From: Candidatus Saccharimonadota bacterium
GTDB taxonomy: Archaea > Micrarchaeota > Micrarchaeia > Micrarchaeales > Micrarchaeaceae
Assembly (NCBI GenBank): GCA_963698035.1
Contig: OY969114.1
Location: forward strand, 600,001-632,000
Length of the DNA stretch: 32,000 nucleotides
Direction: 5' to 3'
In this document: piece after piece, positions 1-7,705 of the stretch
Numbering within the stretch: the first letter of the stretch is position 1
How the letters are laid out: each line of letters begins with the position of its first letter
Translations under genes and position numbers: made by a program
The notes under the pieces: model-generated
What the model was told of the DNA's origin: nothing
Seen by the model: only the letters and a program-made list of their open reading frames with translations
Database searches by the model: none

Positions 1-1
1 G

Positions 2-1363
2 TCTCTGCCAGAGCAGGTTGACGTTGCCGTGATAGGCGGCGGCGTTGGCGGCTATGTTGCCGCGATACGCGCCTCGCAGCTGGGCAAGAGCGTGGCGCTC
101 GTTGAGAAAGAAAAGCTCGGCGGCCATTGCTTGAATTATGCGTGCATACCATCAAAGACTATGATACACATTGCCAGTCTCTTCTATGATGCGCAGCATT
201 CGCAGAAGTTCGGCCTAAATGTGGGGTCCGTCTCAATAGATGCCAAGAAGATGCTTGACTGGCGCATAGATGTATCGAACAAGCTCGAAGCCGGTGTTGG
301 TTTCCTGTGCAAGTCGAACGGCATAGATGTGTTCAAGGGCACCGCAACGTTCCTCTCATCGAACAGCCTGCAGCTGACAGACGGCGTGACGCTGGAATTC
401 AAGAAGGCGATAATCGCGACAGGGTCCGAGCCCACCGTATTGAAAGGGTTCGAGTTCGGCTCGGGCATAATCGGTTACAAGCAGGCGCTCATGCTCGATC
501 ACATACCAAAAACAATGCTGATCATAGGCGCGGGTTATGTAGCTGTTGAGATTGGCACGCTCTATGCTAAAATAGGGACAAGCGTAACAGTATTGGCAAG
601 GTCGGATGTGCTGTCGCATTTCGATGCAGACGCTGTCTCCTTGGTAAAGAAGCGCATGCAGGAGCTTGGCGTAAAGATAATAACTGGCGTGAACCCCACA
701 TCAAGAAGCGGAAATACCATAACGCTGAGCAACGGGCAGCAGGTAGACGCGGAGGTCATTTTAGTCGCCACGGGCCTCTCGCCTTACACCCAGCAGCTTG
801 GCCTTGAGAACACGAAGGTGGCGTTAAATGATAAGGGATTCATAACCGTTGACAACAAGATGCAGACCTCTGACCCGAACATATTGGCCGTTGGTGACGT
901 AATCGGCGAGCCCCTCCTAGCCCACAAGGCAATCCGGCAGGGCGTGGTTGCGGGTGAGGTAGCCGCAGGCCAGGATTCCTCATATGACAACATAGTCGTG
1001 CCTGCGGTGATATTCTCAGACCCTGAAATAGCAATAGCGGGGAGCATTGCAGAGACCGAAGGGGTTAAGGTGGTGAAGTTCCCGTTCACAGCTCTAGGAA
1101 GGGCCGTTGCACTCGACTCTACAAATGGCTTTGTCAAGATTGCGTACGAGGATGACGGCCTTGTAAAGGGTGTAGAGATTGTGTCGCAGGGCGCCAACTC
1201 TATGATAGCCGAGGCAGCTCTCGCCATAGAGATGGGTGCCACATTGGAGGACATCGCCGACACGATACATCCACATCCAACGTACAGCGAGGCGATTCAG
1301 GAAGCGGCCGAGGCGGCTCTAGGCCGCGGCATACACTTCTTCTACGGAAAGCAGAACAAGTAG
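2..1363 (+). CDS. lpdA: Dihydrolipoyl (dihydrolipoamide) dehydrogenase, E3 component; 5' end runs off the window
   Basis: The FAD Rossmann motif VAVIGGGVGGY straddles the ORF-track GTG at 29. The frame is open back to base 2 with no ATG/GTG/TTG, so the true start is upstream of the window. Other motifs: redox-active disulfide GGHCLNYACIPSK, second dinucleotide fold IIGAGYVAVE, and C-terminal interface motif HPHPTYSE. Confidence 0.9.
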   Translation, partial: SLPEQVDVAVIGGGVGGYVAAIRASQLGKSVALVEKEKLGGHCLNYACIPSKTMIHIASLFYDAQHSQKFGLNVGSVSIDAKKMLDWRIDVSNKLEAGVGFLCKSNGIDVFKGTATFLSSNSLQLTDGVTLEFKKAIIATGSEPTVLKGFEFGSGIIGYKQALMLDHIPKTMLIIGAGYVAVEIGTLYAKIGTSVTVLARSDVLSHFDADAVSLVKKRMQELGVKIITGVNPTSRSGNTITLSNGQQVDAEVILVATGLSPYTQQLGLENTKVALNDKGFITVDNKMQTSDPNILAVGDVIGEPLLAHKAIRQGVVAGEVAAGQDSSYDNIVVPAVIFSDPEIAIAGSIAETEGVKVVKFPFTALGRAVALDSTNGFVKIAYEDDGLVKGVEIVSQGANSMIAEAALAIEMGATLEDIADTIHPHPTYSEAIQEAAEAALGRGIHFFYGKQNK

Positions 1364-1370
1364 TGCTCAG

Positions 1371-2108
1371 ATGGATTATGATACTTTTGAAAATGGTTTC
1401 TCGCACACCTCTCTGGGCGCCATACACTTCAAGCATCATCCTGGGACAAAAGAGAAGATAATATTTATACACGGATTGGGCGGGACCACCCTTGTATGGA
1501 AAAGACTCATGGAATACCTGCCCGACAACCTTGACGTATTCCTGATTGACCTGCTGGGGCACGGGGAGTCGGATGCACCTGACATAGATTACACGGTGAG
1601 CGTGCAGTTCCAGGCCCTCAGGGAGTTCATAGCGCTGCAGAACAACGGAGACAGCTACATCTGCGGCCATTCCTACGGCGGTTGGGTTGCCGCATATTAC
1701 GCTACGCAGCCCTGTGCATACAAGGGGCTGATACTTGAGGATTCGCCAGGTCTGAGCGAGCTCTTCAATGACCTGTCCGCGAGCAGCGAGGCGGACAAGC
1801 ACAAGGAATCAGTGCTAAGACTGGAACTCGGGGAGGGCAACAACGAAGCGGTCATGAGAAGCATAATCTACTCAAACTTCGATGTAGACCTGCTCACAAC
1901 ACAGGCGCTTTCAGAGATAAAGAGGAGGGTCCTGATACTGTGGGGCTCGAACGATGAGCTGATCCCGGTAAGATACGCCAATCTGTTCAAAGACAAGATA
2001 AAGGGCAGCGAGCTAAAGATTATAGACGGGGCAGGGCACATCCCCCACTACGACCAGCCCGCCAAAGTTGCATCTGCCATCTTGGATTTCATAGGGCGCA
2101 AATCCTAG
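1371..2108 (+). CDS. Alpha/beta-fold hydrolase
   Basis: Oxyanion-hole region IIFIHGLGGTT, nucleophile elbow GHSYGG (G-x-S-x-G), and C-terminal His context DGAGHIPHYDQP. It starts 7 nt after the lpd stop, so it is probably co-transcribed. Confidence 0.85.
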   Translation: MDYDTFENGFSHTSLGAIHFKHHPGTKEKIIFIHGLGGTTLVWKRLMEYLPDNLDVFLIDLLGHGESDAPDIDYTVSVQFQALREFIALQNNGDSYICGHSYGGWVAAYYATQPCAYKGLILEDSPGLSELFNDLSASSEADKHKESVLRLELGEGNNEAVMRSIIYSNFDVDLLTTQALSEIKRRVLILWGSNDELIPVRYANLFKDKIKGSELKIIDGAGHIPHYDQPAKVASAILDFIGRKS

Positions 2109-2110
2109 AC

Positions 2111-2713
2111 CTAGATTTTACCATTCATTATCCTGCGGCGCAACTCGCTCATCTTGCTTATCCGCCTGGCCCTCGGCTTTCTGGCCCTTCCCTCCTCAAC
2201 CCTGCGCTTTATGTAGAGCATCACCTCCCGCTTCTCCTTCTGCGTCTCCACCTCGTATGTCTCATCAGACCTCCTCTCCACCTCCAAGCCGCAATAGTCC
2301 AGCCCCTCGGCTAATATGTTCTCACGTATCTTGTCCCTGTTGTACCTCCTTTTTTTGAGTATCGCGGAAAGTTTCGAGAGGTTCGACCTTGTGACCACGC
2401 ATATGCTGTAGTGCAGGTCAAGGTCGGCGGCGAGATGACCTACAACAATGAGCGTCCCCCCACGTCTCTTTAATTCGGCCTGCAACGCCTTGCGCAACTC
2501 GCTCATCTTTACTATCTTGGTGCCGCTCGCGTCCAATCCGGTGAAGAGCCTGCGTCTCTCCACAATGTCATTTATCTCTATCACGCGTAGGCCGCCCAAG
2601 AGCCCAGCCAACTTTCTTGCGAAGTGGCTCTTGCCCGTCCCAGGGGTTCCGGTCACTGCGATGACGAGTCTCTTCTGTATTTCAATGACCCCTGATGTAA
2701 TTTGCAGCCGCAT
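2111..2713 (-). CDS. Fap7/AK6-like P-loop NTPase (putative adenylate kinase, ribosome biogenesis)
   Basis: Walker A VTGTPGTGKS. The segment RYNRDKIRENILAEGLDYCGLE matches the conserved C-terminal segment of archaeal Fap7-type kinases. It has an unusual Arg/Lys-rich C-terminal tail. The ATG at 2713 overlaps the upstream gene by 32 nt. Confidence 0.7.
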   Translation of the reverse strand: MRLQITSGVIEIQKRLVIAVTGTPGTGKSHFARKLAGLLGGLRVIEINDIVERRRLFTGLDASGTKIVKMSELRKALQAELKRRGGTLIVVGHLAADLDLHYSICVVTRSNLSKLSAILKKRRYNRDKIRENILAEGLDYCGLEVERRSDETYEVETQKEKREVMLYIKRRVEEGRARKPRARRISKMSELRRRIMNGKI

Positions 2714-3281
2714 CGAACAGGGAATTTAGCTCAATCCTCGAGAGCTCCAGGCTGAAGGCATCGCTAGGAGGCACATAGACGCTTACGGTATAGTCCTTGT
2801 TGCCGCTGAAGAACCAGGAACCTATCCGGCTGTCTTTGTACTGGTAGCTGAAGTCCGCCACAAGATTGGAGGTCGAGATAAGCTTTCCCGCCAGCTTTAT
2901 CGTCTGATCGTCAACAGAGTTTATGGTTATGGTCTCCTCTCTGGCAGCGTCTCTCTCTATCTGCATAGGCTTGATGAGCGGCACGTTATTCTGCTTCGCC
3001 TGTATCGATATGTTCTGCGAAAGCTGCCTGGTTATGGCATTTGCCTTTGCTATGCTGTCGTCCAGCGCCTTGACCTGCTCAGGAAGCTCCTGAAGAAGTT
3101 CATCTATGTGCGAATTGACCGCCTCCCTCATGTTTGATATCGTTACCTCTATGCCCCGCTCAGAGGCGTACTTGGGCGCGTCGTTGAGGAAATCGGATAT
3201 TGAAAAACTGAACTTGCCGCCCACCTGCTTGTCAACCTCCTTTATTATCGCGTCCGTATAATCGCTCCACAGTTCTGCCAT
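2682..3281 (-). CDS. Hypothetical protein (no family recognised)
   Basis: A 199-aa ORF with ordinary globular composition. It is co-directional with and overlaps the Fap7-like gene. No motif was recognised by eye. Confidence 0.6.
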   Translation of the reverse strand: MAELWSDYTDAIIKEVDKQVGGKFSFSISDFLNDAPKYASERGIEVTISNMREAVNSHIDELLQELPEQVKALDDSIAKANAITRQLSQNISIQAKQNNVPLIKPMQIERDAAREETITINSVDDQTIKLAGKLISTSNLVADFSYQYKDSRIGSWFFSGNKDYTVSVYVPPSDAFSLELSRIELNSLFDAAANYIRGH

Positions 3282-3333
3282 TCCAACACCACTATAGCTT
3301 TAAAGCCAAGGCTAATAAATCTAATGTGACAGC

Positions 3334-3582
3334 ATGCCCGGCGTGGACAATTCCAATATCGAGAAGAGGATAGAGAAGGACATAGGCATGTTCTACTCGA
3401 ATCTTGGGTCATTGAAGCTGGAGAATGCTGACAGGAAGATTGGCAAGCTTGTAGATACGGCGAGAATGTACGCGAGCGACGCGAAGAGCTACCTCGCAAA
3501 GAAGGATTTCTACACCTCCTTTTCGTGCATATCATATGCGCATGGCATACTCGATGCAGTGAAGGGACTCCTGGGCGATTGA
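3334..3582 (+). CDS. DUF357-family small archaeal protein
   Basis: An 82-aa helical protein ending in the pattern characteristic of DUF357 (ARMYASDAKSYLAKKDFYTSFSCISYAHGILDAV). It is followed 1 nt later by trm1. Confidence 0.7.
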   Translation: MPGVDNSNIEKRIEKDIGMFYSNLGSLKLENADRKIGKLVDTARMYASDAKSYLAKKDFYTSFSCISYAHGILDAVKGLLGD

Positions 3583-3583
3583 G

Positions 3584-4669
3584 TTGTATGCAGAGGGTAA
3601 GGCAAGAATAGAACAGGGAAGCGCGTTCCTCAATCCGAAGGCGAGGTTCCTTCGCGACACAAGTGTCGCCTTCGTGGCTTCTATCGCCACAAGGGGCAGC
3701 AAGATACTAGACGCAACCGCGGGCACCGGAATAAGGGGCATAAGATATTATCTTGAAACAAAGTCGAAGAGCCTCACAATGCTGGACATGAACAGGGATG
3801 CCTATCGCTCGGCAGCGCTCAACATCAAGGCAAACAAGGTAAAAGCTGAGATGCTCAACCTGAGCGTCCAGGAGTTCACAAATACTACAGCAGAGCGCTT
3901 CAACTTCATAGACGTTGACCCGTTCGGAGGGATATCGCCCTACATATACGACATAATGAAGGTCTCAAAGGACGGCACCTGCCTTATGCTGACCTGCACA
4001 GACGCCGCGGTCCTCTGCGGCGCTCATCCTAACGCATGTATAAGGCTCTATGGCTCGAAGCCGATGCACAACGAGCTCTGCCACGAGACGGGGATAAGGA
4101 CGATGATAAACTATGTAGTATCCGTCGCTGCGCAATTCAATTTTGGTATCGATGTTCTCTTCTCGCTCTACTATGCACACTACATGAGGATATTCCTCAG
4201 GCTCTTGCACGGCAACGCGAGTGCAATGGCCTCGATAGGCAGCACCGGATATGCGCACTACTGTGCCAACTGTGGTTTCTATGAGACAGAGAAGAGGCTA
4301 CTCCCAAGGCAGCGCACCTGCAGGAGCTGCAAGCTGCGGATGCCTGCATACGGCAGGATGTGGCTCGGGTCTCTCTATGAAAGAAAGATGCTGGACGATA
4401 TTGTATCAAGGACCGGGAAGATGGGCATTGCAGGAAAGGAAGCGAGGATCCTTGAGGCAATCCAGGGCGAGCCGGATATCCCCCTTTTCTATTCTGTCCC
4501 AAAGATGACAAAGCGTCTGCATCTCCCCTCTGTTAGACCTTCAGATCTAATGGATGCGCTGGAAAAAAAAGGATACGCGGCTGCAAGGACGCAGTTCGAT
4601 GACAGTGGCATAAAAAGCGACGCCAGCCTTAACGTCATCAACAGCTGCATACGCAAACTGTCCAGATGA
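3584..4669 (+). CDS. trm1: tRNA (guanine26-N2)-dimethyltransferase Trm1
   Basis: N-terminal EGKARI...FLNPKARFLRD, SAM-binding ILDATAGTGIRGIRY, catalytic IDVDPFG, and a C-terminal Cys4 cluster (CANCG...CRSCK). The start in this frame is TTG at 3584. Confidence 0.9.
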   Translation: MYAEGKARIEQGSAFLNPKARFLRDTSVAFVASIATRGSKILDATAGTGIRGIRYYLETKSKSLTMLDMNRDAYRSAALNIKANKVKAEMLNLSVQEFTNTTAERFNFIDVDPFGGISPYIYDIMKVSKDGTCLMLTCTDAAVLCGAHPNACIRLYGSKPMHNELCHETGIRTMINYVVSVAAQFNFGIDVLFSLYYAHYMRIFLRLLHGNASAMASIGSTGYAHYCANCGFYETEKRLLPRQRTCRSCKLRMPAYGRMWLGSLYERKMLDDIVSRTGKMGIAGKEARILEAIQGEPDIPLFYSVPKMTKRLHLPSVRPSDLMDALEKKGYAAARTQFDDSGIKSDASLNVINSCIRKLSR

Positions 4670-4707
4670 CTCTGTCGGCTTACTTCCACTATTCTCAGGA
4701 TTGACAA

Positions 4708-4720
4708 CATATAAATATCT
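4708..4720 (+). promoter_or_regulatory. TATA-like box (catataaatatct) upstream of the 4781/4799 ORF
   Basis: This is the only AT-rich octamer in the 111-nt spacer. It lies about 85 nt upstream of the in-frame ATG at 4799, which implies a long G-rich leader (see findings). Confidence 0.35.
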
Positions 4721-4780
4721 AAAAAGAAATAAGTTGTAAGAAGGGGAAGTGGGATAGACGCCAAGGGGGGTCTAGGATGG

Positions 4781-5119
4781 GTGAGGGAATTGGATGGGAT
4801 GGCACTAGGGAGAGATATCGGAACTAGGTTGGGCAAGACGAAGGACTATATGGATAAAGCCCGCTCCGGAGAAACCGCAGGATGCTCCATATGTAGGAGG
4901 ACCTTTTCAAGGAGCGAGGCAAAGATTGTTCTTCCCTCAGCAGCTTATGGGACAACAGTCCTGCCTACCTCGAGAAGGCTCACGTGCGTCGGCTGCTATA
5001 GGGGATTGCTAAAGGTAAATAGAGTAGTTGCAGGAAGCACTCAAAGAGATGACCATGCAATGAGGAAAATAAGGCAGCATATCGCCAGGCAGATATTACA
5101 GAATCCCAAGTCCAAATAA
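4781..5119 (+). CDS. Small hypothetical protein with CxxC...CxxC (zinc-ribbon-like) motif
   Basis: ORF-track start is GTG 4781; the in-frame ATG at 4799 is more plausible. It has two CxxC pairs (CSIC, CVGC) and a basic composition. No family was recognised. Confidence 0.45.
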   Translation: MRELDGMALGRDIGTRLGKTKDYMDKARSGETAGCSICRRTFSRSEAKIVLPSAAYGTTVLPTSRRLTCVGCYRGLLKVNRVVAGSTQRDDHAMRKIRQHIARQILQNPKSK

Positions 5120-5122
5120 AGT

Positions 5123-5815
5123 TTATCTGCGCCTTGAGTCGACCGTAATCATGTGGAACTCGTTCTCGTAGCCGAGCGCTGCCTTGAAGGCATCCGGCTC
5201 CATCGTTATAGTATTGTCCGAGTAAGGATCGTTTATGTAAAATGTGTCCTTGTCGTAGCCCTTTACAACGACCCAGTGCGGCGAAGATTCAAGGTAAGGA
5301 TTCAAAATTTTCGCATTCACTATTACTATTGGTATCTTACCGCCGTTGAGCGCCTTCTTTATTGAATTCACGCTCGCAATGCCGTAGTTCTCCTTTATCT
5401 TCATGGTGCGCGCCTTCTCCCTTATCTCGTTGAATGAGGCGGTGAGCGTGTCCAGGTTTATTCCCTCGTAGACGGCGAGCTTCCTCTCATAGCCCTCATC
5501 CTTCACATTGCTCGTTATCTGCGTCCTCGCTCCTCTCTTTGCCAGCGCGTATGCAAGCCCGTACCTTGAGCCGTGCCAGACACTGCCGTTTACCGCCTGC
5601 TGCCAAATCTCAAATTCGCTCTCTTTCTTGAGCTGCGTCCTATTGTTTATGTACTTCAATACCATCAGTGCGCACGCTGCGGAGCTCGTGAACTGCTCCG
5701 TCTGCGCATAGTTTGGTATCTCGAATATTTTTGCCTCGCGCATCTTCGGCCTCTTCCTTGCACCAGCTGCAGGTGCGCGCCTTGCATTCCTTGACTTCTT
5801 GCTTGATTTTGCCAT
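5123..5815 (-). CDS. Peptidase C39-like (papain-fold cysteine peptidase) protein with polybasic N-terminal tail
   Basis: The candidate catalytic Cys context IPNYAQTEQFTSSAACALMVLKY resembles the C39-like Q...C motif. A downstream His sits in SPHWVVVKGYD, followed by YINDPY. The first ~28 aa are Lys/Arg/Ala-rich. An SD-like GGAAGTGA lies 5 nt upstream of the ATG. Confidence 0.65.
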   Translation of the reverse strand: MAKSSKKSRNARRAPAAGARKRPKMREAKIFEIPNYAQTEQFTSSAACALMVLKYINNRTQLKKESEFEIWQQAVNGSVWHGSRYGLAYALAKRGARTQITSNVKDEGYERKLAVYEGINLDTLTASFNEIREKARTMKIKENYGIASVNSIKKALNGGKIPIVIVNAKILNPYLESSPHWVVVKGYDKDTFYINDPYSDNTITMEPDAFKAALGYENEFHMITVDSRRR

Positions 5816-5835
5816 AACATCACTTCCATAGAAGA

Positions 5836-5933
5836 TGCAGGGAGGGAGATTTGTTCACTGCTTTTGAACTCCCGCAGGCCTAAGCCAACGGATCTTGAGT
5901 CCGCCGCGTTTGACCAAGCTCCGCCATCCCTGC
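5836..5933 (-). tRNA. tRNA-Leu(CAA) with a ~13-nt insert (putative intron) inside the T-loop
   Basis: Reverse complement, read by hand: acceptor GCAGGGA/TCCCTGC plus discriminator A; D-arm GCG-AGCTTGGTCAAA-CGC with A14 and G18G19; anticodon stem GCGGA/TCCGT; loop CTCAAGA (U33, anticodon CAA, G37). The long variable arm is GGC-TTAG-GCC. The T-stem is GGGAG/CTCCC, and its loop reads TTCAA[AAGCAGTGAACAA]AT. Total length is 98 nt (85 nt without the insert). No CCA is encoded. Confidence 0.85.
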
Positions 5934-5955
5934 ACACTCCAGTTTAGTACTCTAA

Positions 5956-5966
5956 CATAAATAATT
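5956..5966 (-). promoter_or_regulatory. TATA-like box for tRNA-Leu (minus-strand AATTATTTATG)
   Basis: The AT-rich element is centred about 28 nt upstream of tRNA position +1 (5933). This is the expected archaeal TATA-to-TSS distance. Confidence 0.45.
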
Positions 5967-6161
5967 GTTTGCCTAGTTGACATTCGATAGTCGCAACCAG
6001 CATTAATGTCGAAGAGTGATATTTATGCTTTGTTATTCGATTTTTGGCAGCTTTATAAACCTTTCGGTTACTGGTTCCGATTTTTGCTCTCATAAGCGGC
6101 GAACCGGCGCCCCACCAAGGGTTAAATAATATTTTATCCTAATTAGTCTCAAGGTAATAGG

Positions 6162-7697
6162 ATGGCAGTTGCCAAGAAGAAAAAATTATATCTTATAGGC
6201 ATAGACTCGGCCCCGCTCTGGATAATCAAGGATTTCTATAAAAGGCGCAAGTTCGAGGGATTCGAGAGCCTGATAAAGGACGGGGCGCTGATGAACCTGG
6301 AGTCCACCCTTCCGCCGATGACAGGCCCCTCATGGCCGAGCATATATACTGGGTTCCGGCCGGGCGAGCACGGGGTGTGCGAATTCTTCAAGTTGGAGCC
6401 CAGCTACACCAAGACGCTTGTCTACTACGATCCAAAGATAAAGATGCCGTTCTGGGAGAGGCTTGCAGAGCACGGCCTCAAAAGCCTGCTCGTAACCCCT
6501 CCTATGCTCGTAAGGCCGAGCGAGAGCCCAAATATCGACACGCTATCTGGGTTCCCCCTGCCCGCTAGGTTTAGTTCGCCTAAGATAAGGAAAATAGCGG
6601 AGCGCTACGCATTCAGCGGAGAACCCGAAATCGAGGGGAAGATGAGAAGCGGCGAGATGAGCTTCACGCAGTGCTCTGCAGCTTATGTGGATGGGATACA
6701 CCTAAGGAGCCAACTGAGCAAGGAGCTCATAGAGAAGAACGATTACGACCTATCGTTTGTCGCTTTCACAGAGCAAGACAGGATGTCGCACTTCTCTCTC
6801 AGTGACCCGAAGTGGAAGGATTACATACTGCCGCTATACGAGGCGATATCCGAATTCATAGTCTGGGTGCAGAGGCGCGCAGAGCGCGAGAACGCGCTTG
6901 TCATGGTCGTCTCTGATCATGGATCCCAGCCGATAAGGCAGAAATTCCTGATGAACGGGTGGCTGATAAACAGCGGCATCGCGTACCTCAAGAAAAACCT
7001 CGAGGAAGCGATGCGCTCTCAGTCGGGCATAAGTGGCCTGAAGTACAACATAAGGGAGAAGATGATAACGAGCGGGCTGAGGAAGAAGCTCTACTACAAG
7101 CTGCCCGAATCGGTAAGGGAGGCTGCCAAAGGCGCATTCGAGAAGGGTCTCACAGGGACATCGGCTGAGGACTACACCAAGCTTCACGATTTTGATTATG
7201 ACATGGGAAGAACAATGGCGTTCGCCAGCCTCACAAACTGCCCGGTAAGCCTGGTCTTCATAAACGACGAGAGGTTCGAGAATGGCATAGTGGCAAAGGA
7301 TGAAAAGAAGAGGCTCAAGAAGGAGATAATGTCCGCGCTCCTTAAGCTGAAGGACAGGCAGGGCAAGAAGCTCATAGTAAAGGTCTATGACGGGGACGAC
7401 TACTATGAAGGAACAAGGCTTTTCATAGCGCCTGACATACTGGCCGAGGCGCGCGAGGGCTACATACTCGACCCCACGGGCTACAGGAAGAGCGGAGGTC
7501 TTTTTGCAAAGCCCGAGATCGCGAAGAGCGGCGACCACCTGCCAAACGGCATATTCGGCGTTATAGATTACGGGAGAAAGCTTGACTACGCGAGGATGAA
7601 GAGGAAGCGCCCCAGCGTATACAACATAGAGCCCACGATAATGGGCTACTTTGGATTTGCTGCGCACAACGACGCGCGCTACAAGCCAATATTCTAG
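6162..7697 (+). CDS. Alkaline-phosphatase-superfamily enzyme (type I phosphodiesterase/nucleotide pyrophosphatase-like)
   Basis: N-terminal metal-ligand region LIGIDSAPLW; nucleophile region LESTLPPMTGPSWPSIYTGFRPGEHGV; distal metal site MVVSDHGS. Confidence 0.8.
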   Translation: MAVAKKKKLYLIGIDSAPLWIIKDFYKRRKFEGFESLIKDGALMNLESTLPPMTGPSWPSIYTGFRPGEHGVCEFFKLEPSYTKTLVYYDPKIKMPFWERLAEHGLKSLLVTPPMLVRPSESPNIDTLSGFPLPARFSSPKIRKIAERYAFSGEPEIEGKMRSGEMSFTQCSAAYVDGIHLRSQLSKELIEKNDYDLSFVAFTEQDRMSHFSLSDPKWKDYILPLYEAISEFIVWVQRRAERENALVMVVSDHGSQPIRQKFLMNGWLINSGIAYLKKNLEEAMRSQSGISGLKYNIREKMITSGLRKKLYYKLPESVREAAKGAFEKGLTGTSAEDYTKLHDFDYDMGRTMAFASLTNCPVSLVFINDERFENGIVAKDEKKRLKKEIMSALLKLKDRQGKKLIVKVYDGDDYYEGTRLFIAPDILAEAREGYILDPTGYRKSGGLFAKPEIAKSGDHLPNGIFGVIDYGRKLDYARMKRKRPSVYNIEPTIMGYFGFAAHNDARYKPIF

Positions 7698-7705
7698 CTG
7701 ATGGA

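Noticed and set aside
1200-1802. 200-aa minus-strand ORF spanning the lpd / hydrolase junction
   Set aside because: It is antisense to two motif-supported genes, with no features of its own.
2138-2509. 18-nt exact direct repeat gcgcaactcgctcatctt at 2138-2155 and 2492-2509 inside the Fap7-like gene
   Set aside because: Both copies are in frame and encode the same KMSELR peptide. It is probably a small internal duplication of a helix, with no sign of a mobile-element boundary or regulatory role.
5665-5937. 90-aa minus-strand ORF in the track spanning the peptidase 5' region and upstream spacer
   Set aside because: Its upstream third is fully explained by the tRNA-Leu(CAA) gene. The rest is an alternative frame of the C39-like peptidase gene, and its Arg/Ser/Gly-rich composition is not protein-like.
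5934-6161. Largest spacer in the window (228 nt, AT-rich), searched on both strands for C/D-box sRNA, tRNA fragments or strong hairpins
   Set aside because: Only TATA-like boxes (5956-5966 for tRNA-Leu; about 6122-6136 for the downstream gene) and a weak 5-bp stem (GGTTC...GAACC, about 6074-6105) were found. There are no RUGAUGA/CUGA boxes. It remains unexplained but has no positive signal.
6834-7667. 277-aa minus-strand ORF antisense to the AP-superfamily gene
   Set aside because: The plus-strand product has clear family motifs. The antisense ORF is Leu/Arg/Tyr-rich with no recognisable features.
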